A stretch of 64,000 nucleotides of DNA, taken from NCBI GenBank assembly GCA_001179505.1, contig CDMY01000268.1:62001-126000 (forward strand), given 5' to 3'. Below, piece by piece: positions 1 to 13,643 of the stretch. Source of the stretch: Vitrella brassicaformis CCMP3155. Taxonomy: Eukaryota; Protista; Chromerida. The notes below the pieces were generated by a model. The model was not told the DNA's origin and ran no database searches. It worked only from the letters and a program-made list of their open reading frames with translations. Numbering within the stretch: position 1 is the first letter of the stretch; each line of letters opens with the position of its first letter. The position numbers and the translations under genes were made by a program.

Positions 1-654
1 GAGAGCAGTACGTTGAATCGAATGCAGGGCATATTCATCAACAAGTGGGTCGGAGGCCACACCACATCTCTGCGGTCCCTCTACCGGTGAGCTAAACAAT
101 GTGCACTGAGGCAGCTTTATAGATTCATCTCTCTCTCTCTCTCTGTGTGTATGTGTGTGTGCTGATATCTCAGGTCGTCGCGCGACGGGCCGTCATATGG
201 CGATCTGCTGCGTTGTGTGGGCGACACGAGTGGCCTGGTGTTCGTCATCCGCAAGGACACGTACGTCTTCGGCGCCTTCATCCGTGCCGCCCTCGAGCTG
301 CCACATTACCCAAGAGGCATGAACGAGTACGAGTGCGATGTGTGGTATTTCTCGCTGGCCGGTCACTTCGACACACCGACCAAGATGGAAGGCAGCCGGA
401 TGGTGGGGGTGGCGGGGCGGGAGGGGACAGTGTATGGGGTGGCGAAGCTGGGGATCGGTAGGCGGTTCGATAGGTGGCTGTGGTTGGGCTATGAGGGCGG
501 CGCTGCTGATGATATGCGCCGCTGCCGTCATGGCGTCCCCAGCGATGATGTGCCTGGGGTCTATGTGGGTGTGAGGGATGAATATGACCGTGCTCTGTTT
601 GGGTGCAGCATTGACTTCATGGCCGACGAGGTGGAGGTGCTCACTGCGGTGTGA
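1..654 (+). CDS. 3' part of a TLDc-domain gene, probably RING-TLDc family (5' end outside window); exons <1-86 and 174-654
   Basis: Exon 1 reads ESSTLNRMQGIFINKWVGGHTTSLRSLYR. GT-AG intron 87-173. Exon 2 reads SRDGPSYGDLLRCVGD...FGAFI...FSLAGHF...FMADEVEVLTAV*, a TLDc signature. The first exon closely matches the corresponding exon of the RING-TLDc gene at 1347-2789. Confidence 0.85.
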
Positions 655-1346
655 GAGTGAGGCAGAGGTCAGATTGACTGAGTGGTGCATCTGGTTTCTG
701 GACGTCGCATGCTTTGATGGCTGTCTGCATATGTATGTACTCGGCTTTTCTTCAGCTTTATGACGCCTCGCTGTTTTTGGCCGTGGCGTGGCTGTCTGTC
801 TGTCTGTCCGTCTGTCTGTCTGTCTTCAGAGGGAGAGACCACATTGATGACAGCTGCACGGTGCTTTTCTCATCATGGCACGCTTTGATGGCAAGTGAGT
901 ATATGTATGTCGCCTTTATCCATCTGTGTGAGTCGTTTCTGGCCCCTCGTGTTTGTTTTGTTTGTCCGTGATGTCTATCTGTATGTGTATGCCATTTTTG
1001 GATGACTGTATGTTTGCGTGCATGTGCGTTCTATCATGGGAGGCGGGCGTCCGATCCCGTCCGATGCATATATATATATATATATCTCCTTTGAAGTATT
1101 GCGCGTGCGGTCGGTGTGCGTGTCAATGATCAATGTGCGATTGCGTGCTGTCGGCTTTTTATGATCAGACGACGAAGGATCATGTCTGTCTATCACGTGC
1201 GTGTCCGCATACCCCCGACAAAGCGACGATGGGCGGGTGCGGGATAACAGCTAGTCACTGCTTCCCCTGCCCCTGATTTATGAGTTCAATCTCGGAACCG
1301 ATTCCATCTTAGCTCGCAGGTTTCCCCCAAGAATTCTCCTTTTGCG

Positions 1347-2789
1347 ATGATGGCGCGTGGTGGTGGTGACGAGCAGCATCTGTCGTGTGAGATCTGCACG
1401 AATGCCTATACGAGCACCGGACTTCGGACTCCTCAAGTGCTCAGATGCGGTGAGGAGAGCAAGCAGTGGGACGGGAGAAGGGGCAAGCAGATGTGTGCTG
1501 TTGTCTGTCTGACTGTCTGACTGTCAGGTCACTCGTATTGCGCAGACGTAAGAAAGTTCGCTGCTGCTGTGACCTCATCTGAGCAGATCTGCCTTGTTTG
1601 TGTGTTTTGTGCAGTGCGTCAGAGATCTCCAAAGGCGTGCAGCCAACAACACCATCAGCTGCCCAAACAGATGCGGGTGAGGGGGGACCGACACGCTCGA
1701 TGCACGCACCGGTGAGCGCATGATGGGTTTGGGTGTTTTTCAATGTCCCTCAGGGTGATGACGCCCGCCGATGTGGATGTCCCAAAATGCTACCCCCTGG
1801 TGGCTGCAGTTGAGGCGAAAGAGCAGCAGGGTCCGCAAAGACCGCAAGTACACGCCCGCGTATGATGCAGGATGTGGCGTCTTCCGGTGTGTTCAGATCG
1901 TGATCGCATGGCTGTTTTGCTCAAGTGCTCCACTGCCGCCTATTCCCTGACTCGAGCGGAGACCCAGGTGGTCATCGAAACGTGTCAGCTGGCGAATGAG
2001 GTCGACATGGAGGCCCCCCTCTCGGCGATACGGTCACGACTCCACACACTCATGATGGTACGAGAGATGCAATTGAGAGACAACAAGTGGCGCTTTTCCT
2101 CTCTTGTGATTTCCTGGTGCTGCTTCCTCTGTGTGGCTGCAGACGTCGATTGAGGGCAGCATGATGAATCGCATGCAGGGTGTGTTTCTCACCAAGTGGG
2201 TCGGAGGCACCGGCAAGTCGCTGCGGTCCCTCTACCGGTGAGCAGATGGAATGCCAATCGACACGGCAGTGTACTCATTCTTGTCTTCTCTCTGTGCGTG
2301 TGTGCCATTCCCAGAGCGACCCGTGACGGGCCGTCGTATGGCGATCTGCTGCGGTGTGTGGGCGACACGAAGGACCTGGTGTTCGTTGTCAGCAAGGGCG
2401 AGTACGTCTTCGGCGCCTTCGTCAGTGGTGGCCTGCAGCTGCCCGATGACCCGACAGGCGTGAACGAGTACGACTGTGATGGGTGGCAATTCTCGCTGGC
2501 CGGCCACTTCACCAAGGGCCCGACCAAGTTGTAGGAAGGCAAATGGCCAGTGTGTGTGGCAGGGCGGGAGGGGACACTTTTTCGGGCGAAGCTGGTGATC
2601 GACGGGATCGGTGGGTGGCTGTGGTTGGGGTGTGGCGCTGCTGCTGATTTGCGCAGCTGCCGTCATGGCATGTGCTCGGTGGCGGTGCCTGATGGCTATG
2701 TGGGGGTGAGGGATGAGCATGGCAATGCTCAGTTTGGGGGCAGCCATATCTTTATGGCTGATGAGGTGGAGGTGCTCACTGTGGTGTGA
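1347..2789 (+). pseudogene. RING-HC (C3HC4) + TLDc gene with premature stop (TAG at 2532-2534 in place of Trp)
   Basis: Spliced exons 1347-1449, 1528-1547 and 1615-1676 give CEICTNAYTSTGLRTPQVLRC-GHSYCAD-CVRDLQRRAANNTISCPNRC (RING). Further exons lead into TLDc. PTKL*EGKW aligns to PTKLWEGKW in the paralog near 50.0 kb, and the frame continues to EVEVLTVV*. Confidence 0.8.
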
Positions 2790-3084
2790 GAGTGAGGGAG
2801 AGGTCAGAATGATTGAGACGTGCATGTGGTTCTTCAACATGGCACGCTCTGATGGCTGTCTGTCTATATGTGCACGCCGTTTATCCAGCTGTGTAATCCA
2901 TGTTTTCTCTCTGCGTACGCAGTGTGTCTCTTGCGTATGTGGTGTACATGCCTACGAAAAAGTGTGTTGTTGTCGTGTTCAACTTGTCGGCATTTTGTGA
3001 GTACACAACGATATGACTCACCTGGACACACACAACACGAACACCGAGCGCGAGACAGACACGTACACGCACCCCCACGACATA

Positions 3085-3319
3085 TACCTGGCACACCACC
3101 TCCCCCGGCCCAGGGGAGTATGCAAGCCGGGCAGCCCTGCCGCCATCAGGGTGAAAACGAACTGGCCTTTTTACGAAATCCAGGGGTAGCCAAGGGAAAC
3201 CTTGGTGTGCCGGACATCCGCCCTGGTCTCTGCCTCGTTTTTGCAGGGCTGCTAATCGTCTCCGTGGATGCATTTTCATGCGTTCATAGGAGACGCGAAT
3301 GAATGAATGAATGAAAAAG
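3085..3319 (+). ncRNA. Candidate structured non-coding element (ncRNA or SINE-like/retroposed element) with (GAAT)4 tail
   Basis: Nested inverted repeats: GCAGCCCTGC 3131-3140 / GCAGGGCTGC 3243-3252; AAAACGA 3154-3160 / TCGTTTT 3235-3241; CCAAGG-GAAA-CCTTGG 3190-3205; terminal hairpin 3257-3295 with G-U pairs; then (GAAT)4GAAAAAG. No known RNA family recognised. Confidence 0.4.
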
Positions 3320-3521
3320 AGTACTATGTCCCCACCTACCGCACCAATCAAACAAGCCCTCTCTCTCCCATTGCAGGCGAGCGTCCCTATCTACTGCGGA
3401 ACGCTCGCAACCAAAGAGAGGGAACAGCAAACAACAGAAATCCTGCCGCATGGATCACTCGCATGCAGACGGGGGCCGGGATAGTGGGGGCGTCTCAGTC
3501 TAGGATGCATGATGAGAAAAG

Positions 3522-3615
3522 ATGATCTGTCGGCGGCCATTTGTGTTCTTAAAAAAGCTGCTGCTCTCAGCAGCACTGGCACTTTTGCCGGCGGTGGTCA
3601 CTGCACAAGAACCCG
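3522..3615 (+). other. Exon 1 of giant gene: N-terminal signal peptide
   Basis: Basic n-region (RR, KK), hydrophobic LLLSAALALLPAVV, small-residue cleavage site VTA-Q; GT donor at 3616. Confidence 0.8.
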
Positions 3616-4474
3616 GTAAAACAGACAGACAGACAGAAAGACAGACAGGCGCGGCGCACCCATCTACTAATCTCTCTCTCTCTCTCTCTATCCGTGTGTG
3701 TGCAATTCAGCGGGTATAGCCCCTTCGTTCGATGCGTCAGCAGCCACGGATGGCTCCATCACGCTGGCACTGCCCACCCCGGTCCCCAACTGCTCAGGCG
3801 GCGGCGCATGCGAATGTGAAGTGCTGTGGGACACTGGTACGCAATGCATTGATGTGGATGGTGGATGGTGGATGAACGGGCACACAGATCTCTCTCTCTC
3901 TCTGTGTGTGGGTGTGTGGGTGTGGGCGTGTCGATAGGGAGTGGCGGCGCAGTGTCGACGCCGTTCTACGATGGCACGTGCTCGCCGAGCACCAACCCCA
4001 CATCAGGTACCCTCTGCCATGTCTGTCTGTGTCTTGATTGCAACACATGTGTGTTTGTGCGTTTGTGTGGATCGTGGTGTGCAGGTGCCATTGCGGGCGG
4101 GCAGCCGTACCGATTTCTGCTCAGGTTTCGAGTGAGTGCTTAGAAACCGCGCAAACACCATACCACACCACACATGTGTCTGTCTTTAATAGGATGGCGG
4201 ACCCGGGGGGCCGGTTGGGACTGACAGCCCTATTGTCACCTTCTATGCTGCAGGAGGTGCATTTGCTTTTGCACACACACACACACACATACACAGACAC
4301 ACACGCATATCGGCAGTCTTTCTTTCCTTTTTTGCGTGTGTGTCCGTTGGTTGAGTCGGGCAGCGCCCAACTGGGGCACCAAGACGCTGAGCATATCGAA
4401 AAGGGGGTCAAACGCGGTCAAACTCACATGGGGACCAGGTATTAAGAGTTGAAGGCAGACCCAGAGGACGAAGA

Positions 4475-4509
<35 letters not shown>

Positions 4510-5155
4510 GTGTGGGTGGGTTAAAGGTCCTGACTCGACCGGTGGCTCGCCCATCCTGGGCTATGTGTTGGAAGGGAGATCCGGCACCACACCCCCAGCC
4601 CTATCTGGCGCGTACACGGTACACACACACACACACAGAGAGGGAATGAGAGAGAGAGAAACGGCTCCCTCTGGATGTGTGTGTGTGTTTGTGTGTAGGT
4701 GGTGTATGACGGTTCGAGTGAGCCGACGGTCACCCAATACATTGCGAGTGGGCTCGTGAGCGGCGACACCTACGAGTACCGCCTCTACGCGATCAACATT
4801 ATCAACTACAATGACAGGCACGCCCACAGAGACAGAGAGAGGGGGAGAGAGAGAGAGAGGGTGGATGTGTGTGGATTGCAGAGAAAACGTCAACTACGTG
4901 ACGGCGAGAGTGGCTGCATCCATCACTCTCGAATGTCTGTGTGTCTGTCTACACACACACACACATATGGGTGGGTGTGTATGTGATGGTGTATGTGCGT
5001 GCATGCAGCTCTTCTAGCTGCGGACCAGTCCTATGTCACGCCAGTGCCGCCCACACCGATCCCTGCAATGGCGACAGACCCCACTAACCTCGCTGTGCAG
5101 GCATGTACAACATACACACAAAGACACCCCTTTGCACACACATGGGTCTTACGGG

Positions 5156-5191
<36 letters not shown>

Positions 5192-6045
5192 TGGCAACAG
5201 GCCGTCGACCCAGTGACTTCACGTACATTTGTGTCCATTTCGCCACCAACACACACACACACACACAGAGAGAGAGAGACATCAACATGTGTGTGTGTGG
5301 ATGGCAGTGGATGAGGGTTCCGGCGGGCGGATCTTTGTGTATTCTCTGAGGGACGTGTGTGCGATGGACACGACGAGTGTGCTGTGCATAAGGGTGGACA
5401 GCACGCACCCTGACTGGAATGCCGGTACTTACATACGCACATAGAGCGAGAGAGGGGACAGAGACACATTTCCATGGGCACAATTGATGAAGAATGCCAC
5501 AAGTGGCCACACAAGGAAGCACAAACCACACACACGTTCCCCTCTGTGTGTGTGTATGTGTGTGTGTATCGGTGTGTGTGTGCATGGTGTAGATCTGCTG
5601 GCCAAGCCGACCTACGGTCAGCTGTCGGACAACAACGACGGCACATACGACCTGAGCTTCACGCCTATGAAAGTCGGCAAATACTCGCTGCTCGTCTACG
5701 CTCTCGAACGTCGGCAAGCGCACTCACACAAGAGACACAGAGAGATGGATGGATGAATGGATGGATGGATGGAGGGAGGGAGGGAGGGAGGGAGGGAGAG
5801 GGACACCCACCTCGTGTGGCCCATGTGCTTGTAAATCGGTGTGCGCCTTCTCTCTCCCTGTATAGCTGGCGGGCTGTATGGCCAGTATTGGGACAACCAG
5901 TGGTTCTACGGGGCTCCATTCAGCCAGATTCAGGATGCGACGGTCTCGTTCGACTGGGGCAACCTGCCGCTGACCTCTTTTGCCAGCGACTTTGTATCGA
6001 TCAGATGGACAGGTGCGCGCTGGCTGCCCATGCACCAGACAATAT

Positions 6046-6081
<36 letters not shown>

Positions 6082-8658
6082 TGCGTGTCTGTGAATGCAG
6101 GATTTGTGCTGCCGGCTTTCACCGAAGAGTGAGTCGTTTTCCCAAAACCTGCGCACAGAAACCTTCCCACACACACATATATGTGTTTGTATATGTGCGT
6201 GTGTGGTGTGTGTGTAGGTATACGTTTTATCTCGATGTGGACGACAGCGCCCGGCTGTGGGTCGACGACACCATGATCATCGACAAGTGGACGGTATTCT
6301 AAGCACACACACGCAGAGAGAGAGAGGTGGGGGGGCCCACAGCAACAAAGTCTTCATGCGTGTGTGCGTTTGTGTGTGGGGTGTGGGGTGTCTGTCCATC
6401 CGTCAGGTGTGCTGCCAAGAGTTCTGGGGCAAGATAGCGCTCACACAGAATTTCTACACGCCCATACGCATCGACTACAGAGAAGAATCAGGTGCACCAT
6501 AGCACATGCAAGCACACATACAGACCTGCACCCACCCACCTCTTTCTCTCTCTCTCTGTGCAGGGCCGGCCAAGATCGACCTATTATGGTCGTCATTCAG
6601 CCAGCCGAAGCAGACAATCCCATCAGAGAGCCTCTTCAGGCATGCAATAGCCCCTCCCACCCCACCATGCCCACCCCCATGTGTGTGTGTGTGTCTTCAC
6701 CGCAGGGGCGCAATCATCCTCAATGTGCCGCACACCGTGCAAACGACTGTCGGCGCGGTGTCTGCCGCTCATTGTGAGGCCTCTGGTGCAGAGCTCAGTG
6801 CCACNNNNNNNNNNNNNNNNNNNNNNNNNNNNNNNNNNNNNNNNNNNNNNNNNNNNNNNNNNNNNNNNNNNNNNNNNNNNNNNNNNNNNNNNNNNNNNNN
6901 NNNNNNNNNNNNNNNNNNNNNNNNNNNNNNNNNNNNNNNNNNNNNNNNNNNNNNNNNNNNNNNNNNNNNNNNNNNNNNNNNNNNNNNNNNNNNNNNNNNN
7001 NNNNNNNNNNNNNNNNNNNNNNNNNNNNNNNNNNNNNNNNNNNNNNNNNNNNNNNNNNNNNNNNNNNNNNNNNNNNNNNNNNNNNNNNNNNNNNNNNNNN
7101 NNNNCCCCCCCCCCAACACGCACACACACAGAGATAGAGAGGGACATTGGAAGATTCCGTTTCTCTGTGGGTTGGCAGCCGAGCTCGTTTCTGGTGCAAG
7201 CCAAGGATGCCGGCGGGAACAACAGGGCCGACCATGTGGAGACCTTTGTTGCGGACTTCTCTGGTAAACACACACACACACATACATACATCGTCACATC
7301 GACAAATGTGCGATTTGTTCTCACTGACAGGTCCGAGCAGCAGCAGCGTCCTCTCCGTCCCCCACGTGTCTGGTGCCAACGACGGGCTCTACCGGGTGGA
7401 CTATGTGCTGACCACCATTGGGACATACACTGTGGACGTCACACTGGGCGGCGTGGCCATCAAAGACAGGCAAGCACCTCCCCCCCCCTCCCCGCACCCC
7501 GCACACACACACACACGCTCACATCAGAGAGATAGAGAGACTTACATGTCTCTCCTTCTCAATGCCGTCTCTCTTGTCGGTATCCTTCTCTCTCTCTTTC
7601 TCGCTCTCTGTGCAGTTCCTTCACTCTCACCGCCTCGCCCGGCAATGTCTCGCCCCCAAACTGCGAGGCCTCCGGGGCGGCACTGACGACCTTCGTTGCC
7701 GGTGCGACACAGACGTTCTCTTTGCAGCTGAAGGACGCCTATGACAACGATGTGCTGACGGACAGTGCTGGCACGGTGGGCGTGTGTGTGTGTTTGGGGT
7801 GTGTGGGTGTGTGTATGGGTGTGTGTATGGCTGTGTGGGGTTTCTCTCTCTGTGCATGTGTGCCGGTGAGGGAGGGGAGAATATGTGTGTGTGTGACCAA
7901 GAGATGGATCGCTCTCTCTCTCTTTGTATGTGTGTGTTTGTGGGTTTGTGGGTGTGTTTTTGTGTGTGTAGGTCACGTGTGAGCTGCGATGGACGGGCTA
8001 CACACGTTCCGCTAAGCTGGCGTGGCCCGACGACACGGCCGCACTCACAACCACATATGGGGAGTACTTCACCGGCACAGCCACATACACAGCCAACGGT
8101 GGGTCAGCTGCAGAAACACACACACACACACACACCTCTGTGTGTGTGTGTGTGTGCAGGCGAGTACACGGTGAGCTTCTCGGCGCTGCGGCAGGGCGGA
8201 TATCAGATGCACGTCAAAATCGACGGGTAAGTGTCTGTCTCTCTGTCTCTCTTTTTATGCGACTCTCTTTCTCTGTGTGTGTCTGCAGGACGCCGATCAA
8301 AAACTCGCCTTTCTCGCCCACATGCGACTCGGCGGCCGACGTGTACGCGCCCCTGGTACCTATACAGACAGATAAATGGCCATTTGTGTGTGTTTGTGTG
8401 GGTGTGGGTGGGTGTGGACACAGACAAAGTTGTGGGACACTGGGAGCGGCGCAGCAGTGCCGGCAAGCGGCACTGCCGGGGCGGCTTTGACCACACAGGC
8501 AAGCAGTGACAGAGACAGAGACGGAGAGGGAGAGACATGTGTGTGTGTCTTGGGGTGTGCGGGTGTGTGCAGATGGAGATCCGCGATGCGTATGGCAATC
8601 TGATAGAGACCAACGCAGCTCTGACGTGCACCGTCACCATTGGCACCGACACAGGCAT

Positions 8659-8690
<32 letters not shown>

Positions 8691-9858
8691 GGAGAGAGGG
8701 AATGGCGGAAACCCACCTCTGTGTGTGGGTCCAGGGACGTGTTTGTCGACAAGTGGCCCAGTAGTGCTCGGCGTATACGACATATCCATCACCCCCACAG
8801 TCAACACCGGCACACAGGACATCAACATACGCATAAAGTGAGCACCTTTGTGGCGGCATTTTCCCTCTCTCCCTCTCTCTGTCTCTCTCTGTCTCTCTCT
8901 GTAAAGTGGTGTAGATGTTGACGCGTCCCCATATTCGGTCGCCATCTCGCCGGGGGCCATTGGTACTGCACACACACAGAGAGGGGAGAGGTTCTGTATA
9001 CCTCTCTCTCTCTCTCCCTACCTGTGTGTGCCGTGTAGATCCCACCAAGTGCGAAGCAACAGGCGTGGCACTCAGGTAGATAAATGAGTGGCCAGAGACA
9101 GAAAAGTGCATCTGTGTCTGTGTGGGTATGGGTTTGTGTGGGCGATAGGACAAGTGGCAATGTGGCCGGCACCACATACAAGATACAAGTACACCGCAAC
9201 ACCCAACAGACAGACACACACCCACCAGACACACATCTCACTCCCCCTCTCTCTCTGTATTTGTGGGTGTGGGTGTGTGTCTCTAGGTGCAACTAAAGGA
9301 CACCTACAGCAACGACGTCCTGACCAACGCCGGGCCCATCACGGCATCCCTTGTCAGCAACCCCACTCTCATCGTCACCTACATAGCAAATGGTCTGCAC
9401 ACCCCACGCACACATAAGGGATTAATGGCATTTTGTATGTGGGTGTGGGGGCTTGTAGGGGTTTGGGAGGCTGATCTTGTTTCGACTGTTGCTGGGACGG
9501 AGACGCTCACAATACAGGCACACCCTACCCCACACACAGACAGAGGGAGACACACACCCACATACTTTGTCTCTCTCTCTCACTGTGTGTGTGTGGCACA
9601 CATGACATGCAGCAAGGAGGCACAGACATCAAGGACTTCCCCTTCACCAATATGGTCTTCACACCCGGACCGGCAGACGCACAGGCGTCCACTTGTAGAG
9701 ACCCCACACACCCATATACACACCCCATATGTATAAACCCCATGTGTGTGTGTGTTTATATGTGTGGGTGTCTGTGTGTGTGTGAAGGCACATTGCCGGC
9801 CAATTTCCCTGCAGGAGAGGTGAGAGTGGAAATGCAAATCCCCATGAACACACACACA

Positions 9859-9894
<36 letters not shown>

Positions 9895-10521
9895 TGTGCA
9901 GAGCACCTCCTTTTCGTGCACGCCAGCCGATGCAAATTCTAATGCAGTGAACGACGCGAATCTGTATGTATATTTCACACACACACACGTGCACTTTCCT
10001 CCAGATATTTCAGCTGAATGGCAGGTACTATTACGTGGAGCTCAAGTATCTCGCTGACGGGACGAAAGTAAGAAGAATAAGCTGCTCGGATGTGAGCGTG
10101 TGAATGTGTGTGTGTGTATGTGTTATAGGTGACGGCGTCAGCCACATATGACTCAGCGACATTCGACTACGACTTCGCCGCCACACTCACACAAGCGGGC
10201 ACATACAGGCACGCACAGACAGAGACACCTCACAACGCCCCCCCTCCTCACACACACACAGAGAGAGAGAGAGAGACAGGCAGAGAGGCTCCGCATGAAC
10301 TTCTCCGCACACCCATAGCCGAGAAAGAGTTCGTTTCTGCATGCTTGTGTCCATTGCCGATGTCTCTGTTTGCCTGCAGTGTGCTGCTACAGCTGCTGTC
10401 CCCCGGTGGCCTGATTGCGCAATACTACCGAACCACAGCGCTCACAGCCATCGTCACCCCAATCCTCACAGGCATGTATGTGATTGTCTGTCTGTGCGCC
10501 CTCATCTCCCCCTCTCCCTCC

Positions 10522-10560
<39 letters not shown>

Positions 10561-11008
10561 TGTGTGTGCAGATATCCGTCACACGGACGAGCCTGCAATG
10601 GAATACACACGAGTCGACGCCACTGTGGACTTCACTTGGGTATAATGGCCGCCACACACACGTGTGTTGGGGGGCAAAATTGGTGTGTGCGTGTGCAGAG
10701 TGCGGAGCCAATCGCCACTGCCCCGGCCGACTTTTTCTCTGTCCGGTAGGTCGTCGCCTGGAAGGAGAGAGAGAGGGAGAGAGAGAGAGACATGTGTGTA
10801 CATCTATATATGTGTGTGTGTGTGGATAAAGGTGGAGCGGCTACCTCCTGCCGACAGTGGCCGGGCTGCACTCAATCAGGGTTACGGCTGACAGCGGGGT
10901 GCGGCTGCACTTGGGGACGTCTGTGACTGACACACAGGCCAATGCCGGTCGGTATGCACCGTCTCTGTGTGTATGTGTACTTTATGCGACTTCCTCTCTC
11001 TCTCCCTG

Positions 11009-11043
<35 letters not shown>

Positions 11044-11156
11044 AGGTATATGGGACATTGATCAGTTCTCATCGAATGCGGCCGCCTCAGAGACTATCAC
11101 GCGGACACTGGTCGATGGGCTGCCGTACCCCCTCACAGTCGATTACCAAGTAGACG

Positions 11157-11187
<31 letters not shown>

Positions 11188-12060
11188 GGAAAGGACTCTG
11201 TGTGTGTGTGTGTATATGTGTTTGCAGCATCAGACAGGCACCTCATCAGTCTCGCTCTACTGGGCGTCCACCACCTTCGCTGAGCAGATTGTTCCCGCCA
11301 CCAGTCTGCTGTACGGCCTCAATGTCTTCGGTAACAAAGAAAAGAGAATTCCTCGGCAGCAAACATGTGTGTATGTGTTTCTGTGTGCGATGAGCGCAGC
11401 TGTGCCGACAACACGCGACTGCATCGGCGGCCGCACAACCGCTTTGTCGACGGTAACCAGCCACCCCACATCCACAGGGTGTGTTTTGACGCCTCTCGGT
11501 GTCCCTCTCTCTCTCTCTCTGTGTGTGTGTGTAGGCTGCGGGGACAGGTCTGACAAGCGCGACGGCAGGAGTGAGTGCGGCCTTTACCGTGCAGACGATC
11601 GACCAGGTAAAGGAAGCATCCACACACACACAGACACACACACAGAGTGCTGTCCAGGAAGAAATCGCTCCAATTGCCTGTGTGTGTGTGCGTGTGTGTG
11701 TGTGGTTAGTATGGGAATCTGCGGACGACGAGCGAAGGCACGTCTGTGCTGGCCGCGAGCATCGACACAAACCCTGGTAGAGACACGCACACATAGAGAG
11801 AGAGAGACACGTGTGTGTGTGGGTGGGTGCAGTGACGACAATCACGCTGACCGACGGCAATACCGACGGCGTCTATGACGGCTCTTACACCATCAACACC
11901 GTACGCACACACCCTCAGCCTCACCCAAACATGTGTCCTTCTCTCTCTCTCCCTGTGTGTGTTAGGCGGGCACATATTCCCTGACCATCACAGTCGACAG
12001 CGCCAGCATTGTCGGCTCCCCATTCTCTGTCACTGTGGACCCTGCCGCCACACACGTGTG

Positions 12061-12092
<32 letters not shown>

Positions 12093-12948
12093 ACAAACAC
12101 AGACGGAGAGAGACGCAGAAATGGCCATCTCTGTCTTTGTCTGTCTGTCTGTCTGTGTGTGTAGGTGCCGTCTTCCTTAGTGGCGGGGTCAGGCATCAGC
12201 ACAGCAGAGGCCGGCGTGCAGGCCTCGTTCACCGTCACACTCAGGTGCTGAAGCCTGTCTGGCGTCATACAGCTCTCTCTCTCTGTGTGTGTGTGTGTGT
12301 GCAGAGACCAGTACCTCAACAACCGCAACACGGCCGGCACCGACGCAGTGACGGCGACCAGCACGGGGGCGGCAGTCACCTGCACACACACGTACACACA
12401 CAACACACAAAACGAAAAGGGGCAAAATGGGCCATCTCCCTCTCTCTCTCTGTGTGTGTGTGTGTGTGTGCAGGGGGAGCGGCGTGTTTGAGTGCACCTA
12501 TACCGAAAACACCGCAGGCAGCGTTGACATCACTCCAGAGGTATGACACCCACCTACAGACACACACACACACACCCCTACAGACACACACACACACACA
12601 CCTACAGACACACCCACCTACAGACACACACACACACACCCCTACAGACACACACACACACACACAGACAGACAGACACACAGACAATTTTGCCATTTGT
12701 GTGTGTGTGGGTGGGTGGGTTTGGCGTGGTGTTTAGGTGAATGGGGGGGCAGTGGGTGGTGCGTCCACGGTGACGGTGACCAACAAGGCGATCGACCCCT
12801 CCTCGCCAACCACATACACTTTCCCCGTGTGTGACAATGACACACACAATGACAACCCAGACACACACACGAATCACCCAAACACTGCATCATTTTCGGC
12901 TTTGTTGTGTGACCTTTCCTTTGCTCTCTCCCTCCCCCGCCCCCCCCC

Positions 12949-12981
<33 letters not shown>

Positions 12982-13464
12982 TGTGTGTGCAATCGTGTGT
13001 GTGTAGTCCACACCCACTCTAACACCCCCCATCAATCTCGTCCTCGTCACAGCCCCCACGCAGTCCGTCAACTTCCAGGCCCAAGACGAGCTCGGCAACG
13101 CATTGACGGACCTCACACCCATACACCTCTACTGCCTACTTGAAGGGCCTGCACCGTTGTTAGAGCAGCCTCTGGCTGTCACTGATGCGGGCAGCGGGCT
13201 GTTCGCTGTGGCCGTGACGTCCACACAGGTGGGTACTTGTCCCCCTCACCCACCCACTGCCACAGTCCCTGTCTCTGTGTGTGTCTCCATGTGTGTGTAG
13301 AGTGGTGCACACGAGTTGGTTTGCAGTGTGGCCGCCAAAGGTGGCCTCAACGCGCAGTACTTCCAGAATATGGGTTGGGAGGGGGTCCCGGCACTGACGG
13401 CGATCGACACACAAGTCGACTTCAACTGGTTTGTTCTTTTTTTCTCCGCGGATCGCCCACACAT

Positions 13465-13502
<38 letters not shown>

Positions 13503-13607
13503 TGTAGGGGTACAGGCCTTGTGGGCGGTGGGTCTGCCGACTACGCTTCTGCGAGATGGGACGGCTATATAAAGTATGCACACACCCAACAGGCCATCGC
13601 CCACACA

Positions 13608-13643
<36 letters not shown>

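Noticed and set aside
3081-3180. U1 snRNA (ATATACCTGGC) or U5 snRNA (GCCTTTTTAC)
   Set aside because: U1 loop motifs (GATCACGAA, ATTGCAC) and an Sm site are absent. The U5-like loop has five T and lacks the closing stem. No SRP helix-8 or RNase P/MRP conserved regions were found either.
3130-3312. HDV-like ribozyme (GGCAGCC/GGCTGCT as P1 with G1-U, terminal P4 hairpin followed by GCGAAT)
   Set aside because: No GG for P1.1 after P1, the L3 loop is non-canonical, and the tail cannot form P2 with the segment before P3.
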